A DNA stretch of 51,699 nt from an uncultured Pseudomonadales bacterium (GCA_964544755.1 CAZJDL010000006.1:1-51699), one strand, 5' to 3'; shown: positions 20,921 through 30,982, counted from the stretch's first letter. The notes: a model not told the origin generated them from the sequence alone. Made by a program: numbers and translations.

Positions 20921-21016
20921 TGTTAGTTCATCCTGTTCTTTTATTGGCGGTGCTCAACGTCATCTTTCTATTAGATAGGCTTTGCCGTTGTTTGGCTACC
21001 GAAATTCGGGCCTATG

Positions 21017-21030
21017 TTGATCTGGATCAA
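21017..21030. promoter_or_regulatory. FNR/Anr-type box between divergent ppk1 and CNNM genes
   Basis: Perfect TTGAT-CTGG-ATCAA consensus. Confidence 0.7.
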
Positions 21031-21395
21031 CCAGCGTAAGTGAGTCAGTGTTGTAGAAGTCCGGCTGCACCGCCAAAGTGGTGAAACAAACTATTATACA
21101 GTTGATGTGGATCGCGACTTGCCAAACAGGTTGGCGACTGGGTTGGTAGACAATATTTTATTCCCCTTGCAGCCTCGAATCTCACTAAATGGATATTGCT
21201 TCACGTTTGCGGCACAAACCCGAGCCGGAATTGATTTTAATCGATTACTGCTTGCGCTAGCGGAGGCATCCTCATCGCGAGGCGTTATCGGATGTGCTTG
21301 TTGCAATGGTGACGTGTTAAAGTGGAATACTAGGTGGTGGTAAATGTTCGCAGAGCGGAAAGAAGTGGGCATTTGGCCACTCGCGGGAACAGGTA

Positions 21396-23012
21396 ATGGA
21401 AAATATATTGCAGGAGTTGATGCAGTCGTGGGAGGCCATCAAGGTATTTTTTGCTTTCGATAGCGCCCGGCTGGCGGATACCGATATGCAAATACGCCTC
21501 GGTTTGCAGGCGTTTTTGCTGTCTTGTTCGGCCTATTTCTCCGGCTCCGAAACGGCCCTTTTCTCGTTGTCCCGTCTTGACTTACAAAAATTGCGGCGCG
21601 AACGCCACCCACGTTCCGAAACGTTGCATGCCTTGCTGGATCAGCCGCGGCGTTTGATCATTTCCATTTTGTGTGGCAACGAACTGGTTAATATTGCCGC
21701 TGCTGCGAATATGACGGCCATTCTGGTTTCTCTCTACGGCGTGGAGCGCGCCGGCTTGGTGTCGGTGTTAGTGATGGTGCCGTTGTTATTGTTGTTCGGC
21801 GAAGTTACGCCCAAGACGATCGCCGTTGCTGACCCGGTGCGGGTCAGCGCCAGCGTTGTCGCCCGGCCCATGAGCCTGTGGGTCAAGCTGGCGGCACCGC
21901 TGGTGTGGTTTCTTCGTGGTATTGCCGACCGGCTTACCACCTTGTTCGTTGGCGAGGAGAAAGCGGCAGAGAATATATTGCAGCTCGACGAGTTCCGTAC
22001 GCTGGTAGAAGAAGTCGCCAATGACGGCGAATTGAATGCGACCGAGCGCGTGCTGATCTACAACCTGCTGGAGGCGGGTGATACAGAAGTAGTTGAAATC
22101 ATGACGCCACGCACCCGTACCGCGTTTCTCAACGCGGACATAACTGTTCCGGAAATGGTGGAACAGTTTCGGGCTTACCAGTACCCCAGGGTGCCAGTAT
22201 TTCGCATCCACCGCGATAACCTGGTGGGTTTTTTGCACGCAGAGGACATCCTGCGCCATGTGCTCGACGGCACCGACCTGTCGTCGCTGCAACCGGAAGA
22301 CATCATGCATGCGCCAGTAGTGGTGCCGCTGACCAAGAAAGTTGATGAGATGTTTGATTTCTTCCAGGCGAAGAATGCCCGCGCCGCTGCCGTTCTGAAC
22401 GAATTCGGTGGAGTGGAAGGCTTTGTTACCATAAAAGACGTGCTGACCTTTATATTCGGCGAGGTTTCTGGTGATATCGAAGGCCACGAACTGTATCAGG
22501 AGCGTGACGAGAACGAATACGAAGTCGAAGGCGCGATGAAGCTCGCCGATTTCAACAATCTTACCAACTTCGGTATCGAGGATCCGCGCATGACAACTAT
22601 AGGCGGGGTCGCCTTCCGTTACCTGGACCGCCTGCCGCAAGTTGGCGACAGCGTTAGTGCGCAAGGCATCCTCATTACGATACTGGAAATGGACGAGCAT
22701 CGCATTGTACGTGTGCGGGTAAGCCGCGGTGGCGAGGTGGAAAACGACGATGATGTGCTGGTGGACACAAGTGTGGCAGGCGCAGAATCCGGGTCTTCAG
22801 TGGACGATACGAAAGTGCATGACAACACAGTTGAAGCTGGCGACGGATCGGCCTCGACAAGGCAGGGTGACGGCGCATCGGCTGGCGACATTGACAAGCA
22901 AGCAGGCCGGGCTTTAAAAATTGTCGAAGCCGGCGTTGCCGAGCCGCGGGCCGCCGTTGAGGGGAAAGGGCACGCAACTGGAACGCAAGGCGCTTCATCA
23001 GGCGAGGGCTGA
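21396..23012 (+). CDS. CNNM(DUF21)-CBS-CorC/HlyC family transporter
   Basis: FSGSETALFS, GNELVN, FGEVTPK, IMTPR, NEFGGVEG, TTIGG; acidic disordered tail. Confidence 0.92.
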   Translation: MENILQELMQSWEAIKVFFAFDSARLADTDMQIRLGLQAFLLSCSAYFSGSETALFSLSRLDLQKLRRERHPRSETLHALLDQPRRLIISILCGNELVNIAAAANMTAILVSLYGVERAGLVSVLVMVPLLLLFGEVTPKTIAVADPVRVSASVVARPMSLWVKLAAPLVWFLRGIADRLTTLFVGEEKAAENILQLDEFRTLVEEVANDGELNATERVLIYNLLEAGDTEVVEIMTPRTRTAFLNADITVPEMVEQFRAYQYPRVPVFRIHRDNLVGFLHAEDILRHVLDGTDLSSLQPEDIMHAPVVVPLTKKVDEMFDFFQAKNARAAAVLNEFGGVEGFVTIKDVLTFIFGEVSGDIEGHELYQERDENEYEVEGAMKLADFNNLTNFGIEDPRMTTIGGVAFRYLDRLPQVGDSVSAQGILITILEMDEHRIVRVRVSRGGEVENDDDVLVDTSVAGAESGSSVDDTKVHDNTVEAGDGSASTRQGDGASAGDIDKQAGRALKIVEAGVAEPRAAVEGKGHATGTQGASSGEG

Positions 23013-23015
23013 CCT

Positions 23016-24275
23016 ATGGAAATCTTTACCATTTTGTCGTTCATGATTTTGCTGTTGTTGTTGAAGGGTTTTTTCTCCGGCTCGGAAATTGCGCTGGTGA
23101 ATTCTGACAAACTGAAGATGCATCACAAGGCAAAGCAAGGCCATCGGGGTGCCAAGTTGGTGCTAAAGCTGTTTGAAAAGCCGGATGTGCTGTTGGGCAC
23201 CACGCTGGTGGGGACTAATATATCCACCGTTGTGCTGGTCACGCTCGGCACCATGTTGATGATTCGTCATTTCGGATCAACCGGTGATGTGTACGCGGTG
23301 TTATTGTTTACCCCTTTGTTTCTGTTGCTGGGCGAGGTGGTGCCGAAGAGCGTCTATCAGCAGAAATCCGACGAGATAGCACCAATCATAGTTTACCCTT
23401 TACGCGTGTTTTCCCTGCTGTTTTACCCCATCGTGTTTGTTTTCTCACGGGTTGCCCGCCTGTGTGTGCGCCTGACCGGAGGCGGCAAGACCCGGCAGAA
23501 CGTTTTTATCACGCGCGAGCAGATGCGCATGGTCGTTGAGATGGCCGATCGCGGTGCTAACGTGGATGTATTCGACCGAGTGCGCATCAAGCGTGCGATT
23601 CGCTTTGCCGAAACGACGGTCGGTGAGGCAATGATACCGGTCGCCGAGATAACCGCGATTAATCGCAACAGAGATACCCGCGGCGCTATCACCATGGTGC
23701 GCCGCCGCGGTTACAACCGGTTGCCCGTGTACAGCAGGAATACCAGCAATGTTATCGGTGTTATTACCCTCACAACCTGGGACTTGATGGATCCTGAGTT
23801 ATCAGACCGGCCGCTGGAGGAGCTTATCAAGCCGGCCCATTATGTATCGCCGTACCAGAGTATCGATCAGCTGTTACCGATACTGCGCACCCGCAAGGAT
23901 CACATGGCGATTGTCGTCGATGAGTTTGGCTCGGCAGTTGGCATGATTACCATGGAAGATATTCTGGAGGAGGTAGTCGGTGAAATTGACGTGGGCTACG
24001 ACTTCGACGAGTATCTGCCGCGCCGCAAGCGTGATTTCGAGATGGTGGACGAAGAGACTTACCTGATGGATGCGCGGTTGCCGATATCCGAGGTCAACGA
24101 GATTTTAGGGGTTAGTTTACCGGCAGTGGAATCGCATACCATTGGCGGTTTGATGATGGCGCGCCTGCGCCACATTCCCAGGGAGGGCGAGAGCATTGTG
24201 GAGTCCGGGTTTCGCTTTACGGTAACCGAGGCGAATGAACGCGTCGTCGTCAAGCTGCGAGCCGAACCCCAATGA
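23016..24275 (+). CDS. CNNM(DUF21)-CBS-CorC/HlyC family transporter (second paralog)
   Basis: FFSGSEIA, GEVVPKS, VVDEFG..GMITMEDILEEVVGEI, HTIGG. Confidence 0.92.
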   Translation: MEIFTILSFMILLLLLKGFFSGSEIALVNSDKLKMHHKAKQGHRGAKLVLKLFEKPDVLLGTTLVGTNISTVVLVTLGTMLMIRHFGSTGDVYAVLLFTPLFLLLGEVVPKSVYQQKSDEIAPIIVYPLRVFSLLFYPIVFVFSRVARLCVRLTGGGKTRQNVFITREQMRMVVEMADRGANVDVFDRVRIKRAIRFAETTVGEAMIPVAEITAINRNRDTRGAITMVRRRGYNRLPVYSRNTSNVIGVITLTTWDLMDPELSDRPLEELIKPAHYVSPYQSIDQLLPILRTRKDHMAIVVDEFGSAVGMITMEDILEEVVGEIDVGYDFDEYLPRRKRDFEMVDEETYLMDARLPISEVNEILGVSLPAVESHTIGGLMMARLRHIPREGESIVESGFRFTVTEANERVVVKLRAEPQ

Positions 24276-24372
24276 CTGGGCATCGCTGAATACCCGCAGC
24301 ACGTCAACCTCGCGAGCTAACACATTGGGTATTGCCATGGTAGCGCCATCGTGGTTGGTGGCGTTGGTAACG

Positions 24373-25704
24373 TCATTCAATATTCGACATCGCCTCCGCC
24401 GTGATTGTCCGTTCTATTGGAAAATGGCAAATGAAAGTGCTGCCGCGCCCCTCTGTGCTGCTGATTTCCAGGCTGGCCGCATGTTGCTCGAGCGCGTGCT
24501 TGACAATGGCCAGCCCCAGGCCGGTACCCCCCGTGTCGCGTGAGCGACCGGCATCGACGCGGTACAGACGCTCGGTCAGACGCGGTATATGGCGCGCGGG
24601 TATACCCTCACCTGTGTCGCGCACGCTGAGATGAGCGCCGACGGAATCAGCAGACCAGTGAACATGAACTTCTGAACGGCCGGGCGTATGTTGGATGGCA
24701 TTGGTTACCAGGTTTGCGAAAGCCGCGCGCAACTCACTGGCATTACCGCGCAGCCCGTCGTCCGATTGGATATGCAGTTGCAGCACATGCCCTGACGCAG
24801 CGCTCAGAGCACGCGCTTCCTCGACAATTTCCTCCAGCAATGCTGGCACCGCGACATATTGGTCGCGCAGTGAGGGGTCTTTGGCTTCCAGTCGCGACAG
24901 GGTGAGCAGGTCAGTGATCAGCGCACTCATGCGCCGTGCCTGTTGTTGCATCAGTTCGGTCATGCGCCTGCGGGTTTTCTCGTCGCTGCCGCCCATGGCC
25001 GCCTGTTCCAGCAAGCCGGTGATGACGGTCAGTGGCGTACGCAGTTCATGGGAAACATTGGCGACAAAATCCCGCTTTGCCTCGTCAAGGTGATATTGGC
25101 GGGTAATATCACTCACCACCAGCATTTGCTGCTGTTGTATGGCAAGTGGGATCACAAGCAACGACAGAATCTTCGTCTTGCTGCCGGGCGCCGAAAATAC
25201 CAGCGCTTGGCTGAAGTCGCCGCCAGCCAGATATTCAGCAAGCCCCGGGTCACTTACGCGTTGTAAGAACAGCTGCCCTGCCGATGCGGGCGTGCTGATG
25301 TCTAACAAAGCCCGCGCCGCCGGGTTGAACCATGCTATCGTTCCGAGTTGGTTCAGTATGACGACGGCATCGGGAAGAGCCATCACGGCAGCACGAAAAC
25401 GCCCAAGGGTGTTGGCTTGTTCGTACTCGCGCTGCTGTGTGTTCGTCTGCCGCTGTCGTATTTTCACCAGCACTCCCCGCCATAGGCCGGCTGTGCCTGC
25501 CGCGTGGCTTGCCTCTTCGCTGAGCCAGCGGTACAGCCGCAGAATGTGATATAAGTGCCAGCCGACGTAGCCGAGCAGACCCAGCGCCAGGCCATGCAGC
25601 GGCCAGCCAAGCAGTGCGCCTGCGGCACTTGCAGCGCCCGTTGCCGACAGGAGCAGGACGAGTTCTTCTTTCCAGTTTGGCGGCATTATGACTTTGCGGA
25701 GCAA
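24373..25704 (-). CDS. phoR: Phosphate regulon sensor kinase PhoR
   Basis: N-terminal TM, PAS, DFVANVSHELRTPLTV, ERLYRVDAGRSRDTGGTGLGLAIVKH; follows phoB. Confidence 0.93.
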   Translation of the reverse strand: MLRKVIMPPNWKEELVLLLSATGAASAAGALLGWPLHGLALGLLGYVGWHLYHILRLYRWLSEEASHAAGTAGLWRGVLVKIRQRQTNTQQREYEQANTLGRFRAAVMALPDAVVILNQLGTIAWFNPAARALLDISTPASAGQLFLQRVSDPGLAEYLAGGDFSQALVFSAPGSKTKILSLLVIPLAIQQQQMLVVSDITRQYHLDEAKRDFVANVSHELRTPLTVITGLLEQAAMGGSDEKTRRRMTELMQQQARRMSALITDLLTLSRLEAKDPSLRDQYVAVPALLEEIVEEARALSAASGHVLQLHIQSDDGLRGNASELRAAFANLVTNAIQHTPGRSEVHVHWSADSVGAHLSVRDTGEGIPARHIPRLTERLYRVDAGRSRDTGGTGLGLAIVKHALEQHAASLEISSTEGRGSTFICHFPIERTITAEAMSNIE

Positions 25705-26391
25705 TTAACGATGAGTCGAGAAACGGTAACCAGCACCACGAACGGTCTGGATAAAGCGATCGTGGCCGCTTGCCTCGAGCATCATGCGCAGGCGGCGAAT
25801 CTGCACATCGACGGTGCGTTCCTCGACGTAGGAGTCGATCCCCCAGACCAGGTCGAGCAACTGTTGCCGGCTGTAGACACGCTCTTGATGGGCCATGAAA
25901 AATGCCAGCAGTTGAAACTCCATTGGCGCGAGATCCAGCGGCGCGCCATTGATGCTGACCCGGTGCGTTGTCGGATTGAGAAGCAACGTATCGATCTCCA
26001 TGATCTCGCCTGAGCCAGGCTCCGTTGTACGGCGCAAAACGGCCGTCATTCGCGCCAGTAGTTCAACGAATGAGAAGGGTTTGGATACATAGTCATCAGC
26101 GGCAGCCTGCAGCGCGGCCACTTTGTCGGTTTCCTGGTCGCGCGCGGTCAACATGATGATGGGAATATCTTTGGTAGAGGCATCTCTACGCAGCGACTGG
26201 GAAAAATCGAAGCCTGATTGGCCGGGCATCATCCAGTCGAGCAGGATTAAATCAGGGCGCCCGGCACGGATCGATTGCCGCGCCTCCAACGCGCTGCCAG
26301 CCATCTGCACCACATAGCCGGCCTGTTCCAGACCAAGCTGCATCATCTCACGGATCGCACGGTCGTCATCCACAACGAGTATGTTGGTCAT
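25705..26391 (-). CDS. phoB: Phosphate regulon response regulator PhoB
   Basis: PDLILLDWMMPG, IPIIMLTA, ERVYSRQQLLD.VWG..YVEERTVDVQIRRLR, QTVRGAGY; ATG at 26391. Confidence 0.93.
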   Translation of the reverse strand: MTNILVVDDDRAIREMMQLGLEQAGYVVQMAGSALEARQSIRAGRPDLILLDWMMPGQSGFDFSQSLRRDASTKDIPIIMLTARDQETDKVAALQAAADDYVSKPFSFVELLARMTAVLRRTTEPGSGEIMEIDTLLLNPTTHRVSINGAPLDLAPMEFQLLAFFMAHQERVYSRQQLLDLVWGIDSYVEERTVDVQIRRLRMMLEASGHDRFIQTVRGAGYRFSTHR

Positions 26392-26434
26392 TAGAGGGCC
26401 GCTGGCGCCGGGCTGGCCGACAAAAACGCCCATT

Positions 26435-27244
26435 TTACCCGTAACGGCCCTCGATGTAGTCGGCAGTTTCCTGTTTTTTAGGGGTCACAAACATGTCGTC
26501 GGTTGCGGTATGTTCTATGACCTTGCCCATCAGCATGAAAATGCATTCTTCGCTGGCGCGTCGTGCTTGCGCCATATTGTGGGTCACAATAAGAATGGTG
26601 TACTTGCCGCGTAATTCCCAAATCAACTCTTCCACCGCCTCGGTGCCCTTGGGGTCGAGCGCGGAGCAGGGTTCGTCCATCAGTAACAAGCCGGGTTTAA
26701 TTGGTAGCAGGCGGGCGATACACAATTTTTGCTGCTCCTCCAGCGACAGTTCGGTGGCGCGTTTGTGGAGCCGGTCTTTGACCTTGTCCCACAGCAGTAC
26801 CTGCCTGAGAGCATCCTCGGCGATCGCATCCTGTTCGCTGCGCGACACGCGCTTGCCGGTGGCGTGCAGATGGTAGCCGAACAGCACGTTATCGCGAATG
26901 GAGAGGGGTAGGGGGTTGGGCCGCTGGAATACCATGCCGACCTGTTTACGCACCTGCGCGAGTTCGACTGCCGGCGCATAGATATTATGGCCGAAGACAT
27001 CGATCTTGCCGTCAATGCGCACATAACCCAGTCGCTCGTTAATGCGGTTGACGCTGCGCAGGAAGGTCGATTTGCCGCAGCCGGAAGGGCCGATCAGCGA
27101 CGTGATAATGCCATTCTTGATGCTCAGATCCACATCAAACAGGGCCTGAAAGTCGCCGTACCAAAGGTTAAGCTTCTCGGTCTGAATAGCGCAGGCCATC
27201 TGCGGGTCAGGATTGGCTTGACGGGGTGCGTCTATACTGTCCAT
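26435..27244 (-). CDS. pstB: Phosphate ABC ATPase PstB (canonical Walker A/B and H-loop, degenerate signature)
   Basis: GPSGCGKST, GMVFQRPNP, LSLEEQQ, MDEPCSALDP, IVTHNM, DYIEGRYG; start 27244 (ORF open to 27277). Confidence 0.9.
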   Translation of the reverse strand: MDSIDAPRQANPDPQMACAIQTEKLNLWYGDFQALFDVDLSIKNGIITSLIGPSGCGKSTFLRSVNRINERLGYVRIDGKIDVFGHNIYAPAVELAQVRKQVGMVFQRPNPLPLSIRDNVLFGYHLHATGKRVSRSEQDAIAEDALRQVLLWDKVKDRLHKRATELSLEEQQKLCIARLLPIKPGLLLMDEPCSALDPKGTEAVEELIWELRGKYTILIVTHNMAQARRASEECIFMLMGKVIEHTATDDMFVTPKKQETADYIEGRYG

Positions 27245-27254
27245 TGCCGAACCT

Positions 27255-28058
27255 TCAACCGAAACGGCCGGCGACATAGTCGCGGGTGCGCTGATCTTTG
27301 ACTGCGTCGCCGAACAGATCCTCGGTCACGCCGATTTCTACACACTCGCCGTTCAGAAAAAACGCGGTGCGGTCGGCCAGCCGGCGTGCCTGCTGCACCA
27401 GGTTGGTTACCAGAATGATCGTCATCTCCTGTTTCAGCTCCTTGAGAACATCCTCGATACGCATGGTGGTGACCGGGTCGACCGCGATAGAAAACTCGTC
27501 GAGCATCAGCAATTCTGGTTCCTGCGACAGTGCTCGAGCGATGGTCAGGCGTTGTTGCTGGCCGCCGGAAAGCAGGCTGCCTAGTGACTCCAGGCGGTCT
27601 TTGACCTCGTCCCACAGCGCGGCGCGGGTCAGGCAGCGTTCGACGATAACATCGAGGTCGGCTTTCTTCTTCACTCTGGATAAGCGCGGGGCGAGGGCGA
27701 CATTGTCATAAATGGTCATCGGCAGGCCGACCGGCAAGGGGAACACGACGCCGATACGCGAGCGCAGGGCGTAGATATTCTTCAGGTCACGCACATTACG
27801 CCCATTGAACAGGATTTCACCCTTGGTCGTCATGCTGGAATTAAACATATCCATGCGATTCAGTGACTTCAAAAACGACGTCTTGCCGGCATTGGCGGGG
27901 CCGATAATGCCGAAAATCTCGTTTTCCTGTATGCCCAGGGTCACATTGCGCAGCGCGGGCTGATTGTCGTAACTGATCGTAAGGTCGCGCACTTCCAGTT
28001 TGAACTTGGTGTGTGCGCCCACCACGGTGGGCCTGGTTGCTGGCGCAGGGCTTACCAT
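27255..28058 (-). CDS. pstB: Phosphate ABC ATPase PstB (intact signature, degenerate Q- and H-loops)
   Basis: GPANAGKT, GVVFPLP, LSGGQQQRL, LDEFSIAVDP, LVTNL, DYVAGRFG; ATG at 28058 overlaps the pstA stop. Confidence 0.88.
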   Translation of the reverse strand: MVSPAPATRPTVVGAHTKFKLEVRDLTISYDNQPALRNVTLGIQENEIFGIIGPANAGKTSFLKSLNRMDMFNSSMTTKGEILFNGRNVRDLKNIYALRSRIGVVFPLPVGLPMTIYDNVALAPRLSRVKKKADLDVIVERCLTRAALWDEVKDRLESLGSLLSGGQQQRLTIARALSQEPELLMLDEFSIAVDPVTTMRIEDVLKELKQEMTIILVTNLVQQARRLADRTAFFLNGECVEIGVTEDLFGDAVKDQRTRDYVAGRFG

Positions 28059-28921
28059 TTCTTTTTCCCACGCAGGTACGTACGGAAGGCGATGGACACG
28101 CTGTTCATCAGCAGCACCATGCCGATCAGTACCAGGGCAACGCCGTAGGGGAGGTCTTCGGGTACGCCGGGAACCTGGGTCGAGACCACGAACAGGTGCA
28201 GTGACATCGCCATGGTTTGGTCGAAGATGCCCTGCGGCAGAAACGGGGTAAAAAAGACCGCGCCGGTGAACATAATGGGGGCGGTTTCGCCAGCGGTGCG
28301 GGACACCTCGAGAATAACGCCAGTCAGAATGCCGGACACGGCATTCGGCAGCACCACGCGCCGAATCGTTTGCCAGCGCGTAGCGCCCATGTTCCAGCAC
28401 GCTTCGCGGAACGCATGCGGCACCGCCTGTAACGACTCGCGCGTGGCGACAATCACTACCGGCAAGGTCATGATGGCGAGGGTAAGGCTGGCCGCCAGAA
28501 TACTGGTGCCAAAGCCGAAGAACAGTACAAAGGCCCCGACGCCGAACAGTGCATGCACAATAGACGGCACGCCTGCCAGATTAATAATGGCCAGGTTGAT
28601 GAGCCGGGTGAACCAGTTATTGCCGGCATACTCGCTGAGATAAATCGCCGCGGCAATGCCCAGCGGTACGGAAATCAGCAGTGCGACCGCTACCAGCCAG
28701 ACGGTACCCAACAGCGCGGGCAGCAAGCCACCAGCGGTCATGCCATCGGTTGGGGCGGTGAACAGGAAGTCCATCGATATCACCGAGCTGCCTTTGATCA
28801 CCAGCAGGGACAAAATAATCAGCACCGGAATAATCAACAGCACGGTCACCAGCAGGAGTAACATTTTGACCAGGCTCTGTACGCGCTGGTTCTTTCGATT
28901 TAGTTCAGATGCCGCGAACAT
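28052..28921 (-). CDS. pstA: Phosphate ABC permease PstA
   Basis: AAIYLSEY, NLAGVPSIV, GATRWQTI, GETAPI; ATG at 28921. Confidence 0.95.
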   Translation of the reverse strand: MFAASELNRKNQRVQSLVKMLLLLVTVLLIIPVLIILSLLVIKGSSVISMDFLFTAPTDGMTAGGLLPALLGTVWLVAVALLISVPLGIAAAIYLSEYAGNNWFTRLINLAIINLAGVPSIVHALFGVGAFVLFFGFGTSILAASLTLAIMTLPVVIVATRESLQAVPHAFREACWNMGATRWQTIRRVVLPNAVSGILTGVILEVSRTAGETAPIMFTGAVFFTPFLPQGIFDQTMAMSLHLFVVSTQVPGVPEDLPYGVALVLIGMVLLMNSVSIAFRTYLRGKKKW

Positions 28922-28931
28922 AGTTGGCCCC

Positions 28932-29864
28932 TCAGCCCTTGCGTACACCGCGCACGACCAGGTCGGCGGTCAGATTGATAATAAAGGTGATCACGAACAG
29001 GAAGATACCGATGGTAAACAGCGCCTGGTAGTGATCGGAACCGACGGCGGTCTCGCCCAGCTCGGCGGCGATGGTGGCTGTCAGGGCGCGTACCGAATCA
29101 AACACGCTGCCGGGTATGTTGATCGAGTGACCGGTGGCCATCAATACCGCCATGGTTTCACCGAAACCGCGGCCAACACCGAGCAGCACTGCGCCGAGCA
29201 GGCCGTTTTTGGCCGCCGGTAACACGGTTTTATAAACCACCTGCCAGCGGGTAGCACCCATGGCCTCGGCTGCTTCCCGGTAACGATCCGGTACTGCCTT
29301 GAGTGCGTCCTCGGCGATGGACGTCATAATAGGCGCCGCCATCAATCCGAGAATGATGCCGGCGTTCAATATGTTCAAGCCCACTGGCACATCAAACAGG
29401 TCGATGATCAGCGGGTTCATAATGCTCAGGCCGATAAAACCCCACACCACCGATGGAATGGCAGCCAGTAGTTCCACTAGTATTTTCAGCGTTTCGCGGG
29501 TTTTGCCGGTGGCAAATTCGGCGATGTAAACGGCGGCACCGAGCGAGAACGGAATAGAGACCAGCATCGCCAGGCCGGTCACGCTGGCGGTACCGGCGAC
29601 GAGAGCCAGAATGCCGTACTCTGGATCGTCTTCGTCGGCCGGGTACCAGTAAGGGGAGGTAAAAAATTCCTTGAAGTCGAAACGCTCCAGAATAAAGCCA
29701 AACCCTTCTTTGATAATAAAGGCAAAAATGCCGACAATGAAAATAATTGCCGAGATACCGCCGATGAAGACCAGCGCCTGCACCAACTTGTCGATATACC
29801 AATCGGTATTGCGGCGATCAAAATCAACCGCGGTGGCTGCTTCTGGCAGGCGGGACTGGCGCAT
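28932..29864 (-). CDS. pstC: Phosphate ABC permease PstC
   Basis: ELLAAIPSVVWG, EDALKAVP, GRGFGETMAV. Confidence 0.95.
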   Translation of the reverse strand: MRQSRLPEAATAVDFDRRNTDWYIDKLVQALVFIGGISAIIFIVGIFAFIIKEGFGFILERFDFKEFFTSPYWYPADEDDPEYGILALVAGTASVTGLAMLVSIPFSLGAAVYIAEFATGKTRETLKILVELLAAIPSVVWGFIGLSIMNPLIIDLFDVPVGLNILNAGIILGLMAAPIMTSIAEDALKAVPDRYREAAEAMGATRWQVVYKTVLPAAKNGLLGAVLLGVGRGFGETMAVLMATGHSINIPGSVFDSVRALTATIAAELGETAVGSDHYQALFTIGIFLFVITFIINLTADLVVRGVRKG

Positions 29865-29865
29865 G

Positions 29866-30954
29866 TCAGTGCGCCTGCTCGCCGCGCAGTAGTTCCATCA
29901 GGTCGCGTACGTGCACGGCGATCTCGCGATATAGCTCTTCCAACCGTTTGTTGCCATCGGCGGCATCGCCGTCGCGGGGCGCAGGGCCTACGTCCCACTC
30001 CAGCGGTACTGTATGGAAAGGGATTGGGTCGAAGTAGGATTTGACGGGACCTTCCAGGCTAACAAGAACGTGCTTGCTGGCGAGTTGCAGCGGCGTCATG
30101 GCGAGTGGCGCCGGCTTGGTGCCGTCTTCGAGGCTAACACCATGACCATCGAGAAACTGTCGCATCGCCGCATTGAGTGTTGCGGCCGGGTAGCGCCCTC
30201 CGCTGGTGTAGTGACCGCTGCCTGGAAAGTTTTTGCGCGCAATCGCGGCTGCCATCTGGCTTTGGCAACTGTTGTCTTCGTCCAAGAACAAAATATTGTA
30301 GACTTTCGGTGTTTTGGTTTCTCCGCTGACGGCGAATATCGTTTCCTCACACAGGTTTTTGGCCTGATCGGCAATCCGTTTCAACTGGTTGAATACCACA
30401 AAAACTGCCAGCAGATTTTTGACCGCTTCACGCTCGTGATTGGTCATCAACTCGGCATAGACGGCGTCAAGGTCATTTTCCATCGTTTCTTCTAACACCT
30501 TGGTGGCTCTGGCCTTGTCAACGTCGAGGCTGTTGAACGCTGCTATGGCGTCGTGCAGCATGAACTGCGTATCGCGGCTTACGCGTTCCAGCTCGACCGC
30601 CATTGATCCCGACGGTGGCGTGGCTAATTGCAATACCTCGCGGCAGATCGTAGCGGCATAGTCGCCGATGCGCTCCAGTTCTATATTGGCTCGAATCACC
30701 GATGACAGCAGGCGCAAGTGGCCGGCACTGGGCAAATGGGTGGCAATAAATTTGTGACACAACCTGTCGACCTTGCGCATCAAGCGATTGATGGGGTGGT
30801 CCGCCAGCACGGTGGCGGCGGCCAGCTTGGTATTGCCGCTTTGTAGCGCGTGCATGGCATCCTTGACCGCCGCTTCTACCCGCGTGCTCATAGCCGCGAT
30901 GTGTTCGCGCAGGATGGCCAGATCCCGTTCCAGGCGTTCTTCATAGTGGGTCAT
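29866..30954 (-). CDS. phoU: PhoU fused to an ArsC/LMW-PTP-like domain lacking the CX5R residues
   Basis: ELERIGDYA and LKRIADQAKN PhoU repeats; C-domain ILFLDEDNSCQSQMA..SGG..LEWDV. Confidence 0.88.
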   Translation of the reverse strand: MTHYEERLERDLAILREHIAAMSTRVEAAVKDAMHALQSGNTKLAAATVLADHPINRLMRKVDRLCHKFIATHLPSAGHLRLLSSVIRANIELERIGDYAATICREVLQLATPPSGSMAVELERVSRDTQFMLHDAIAAFNSLDVDKARATKVLEETMENDLDAVYAELMTNHEREAVKNLLAVFVVFNQLKRIADQAKNLCEETIFAVSGETKTPKVYNILFLDEDNSCQSQMAAAIARKNFPGSGHYTSGGRYPAATLNAAMRQFLDGHGVSLEDGTKPAPLAMTPLQLASKHVLVSLEGPVKSYFDPIPFHTVPLEWDVGPAPRDGDAADGNKRLEELYREIAVHVRDLMELLRGEQAH

Positions 30955-30982
30955 GATTGATTATCCCATTACTCTTGCTGGT

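Noticed and set aside
21094-21372. Short ORFs in the ppk1-CNNM intergenic region
   Set aside because: No convincing RBS or motif; no riboswitch recognised.
21396-24275. Hemolysin/virulence call
   Set aside because: The HlyC/CorC label is historical; the architecture is that of CNNM Mg2+ transporters.
28059-28400. N-terminal extension of the 381-aa pstB ORF
   Set aside because: Overlaps pstA in another frame; the ATG at 28058 gives a normal-length PstB.
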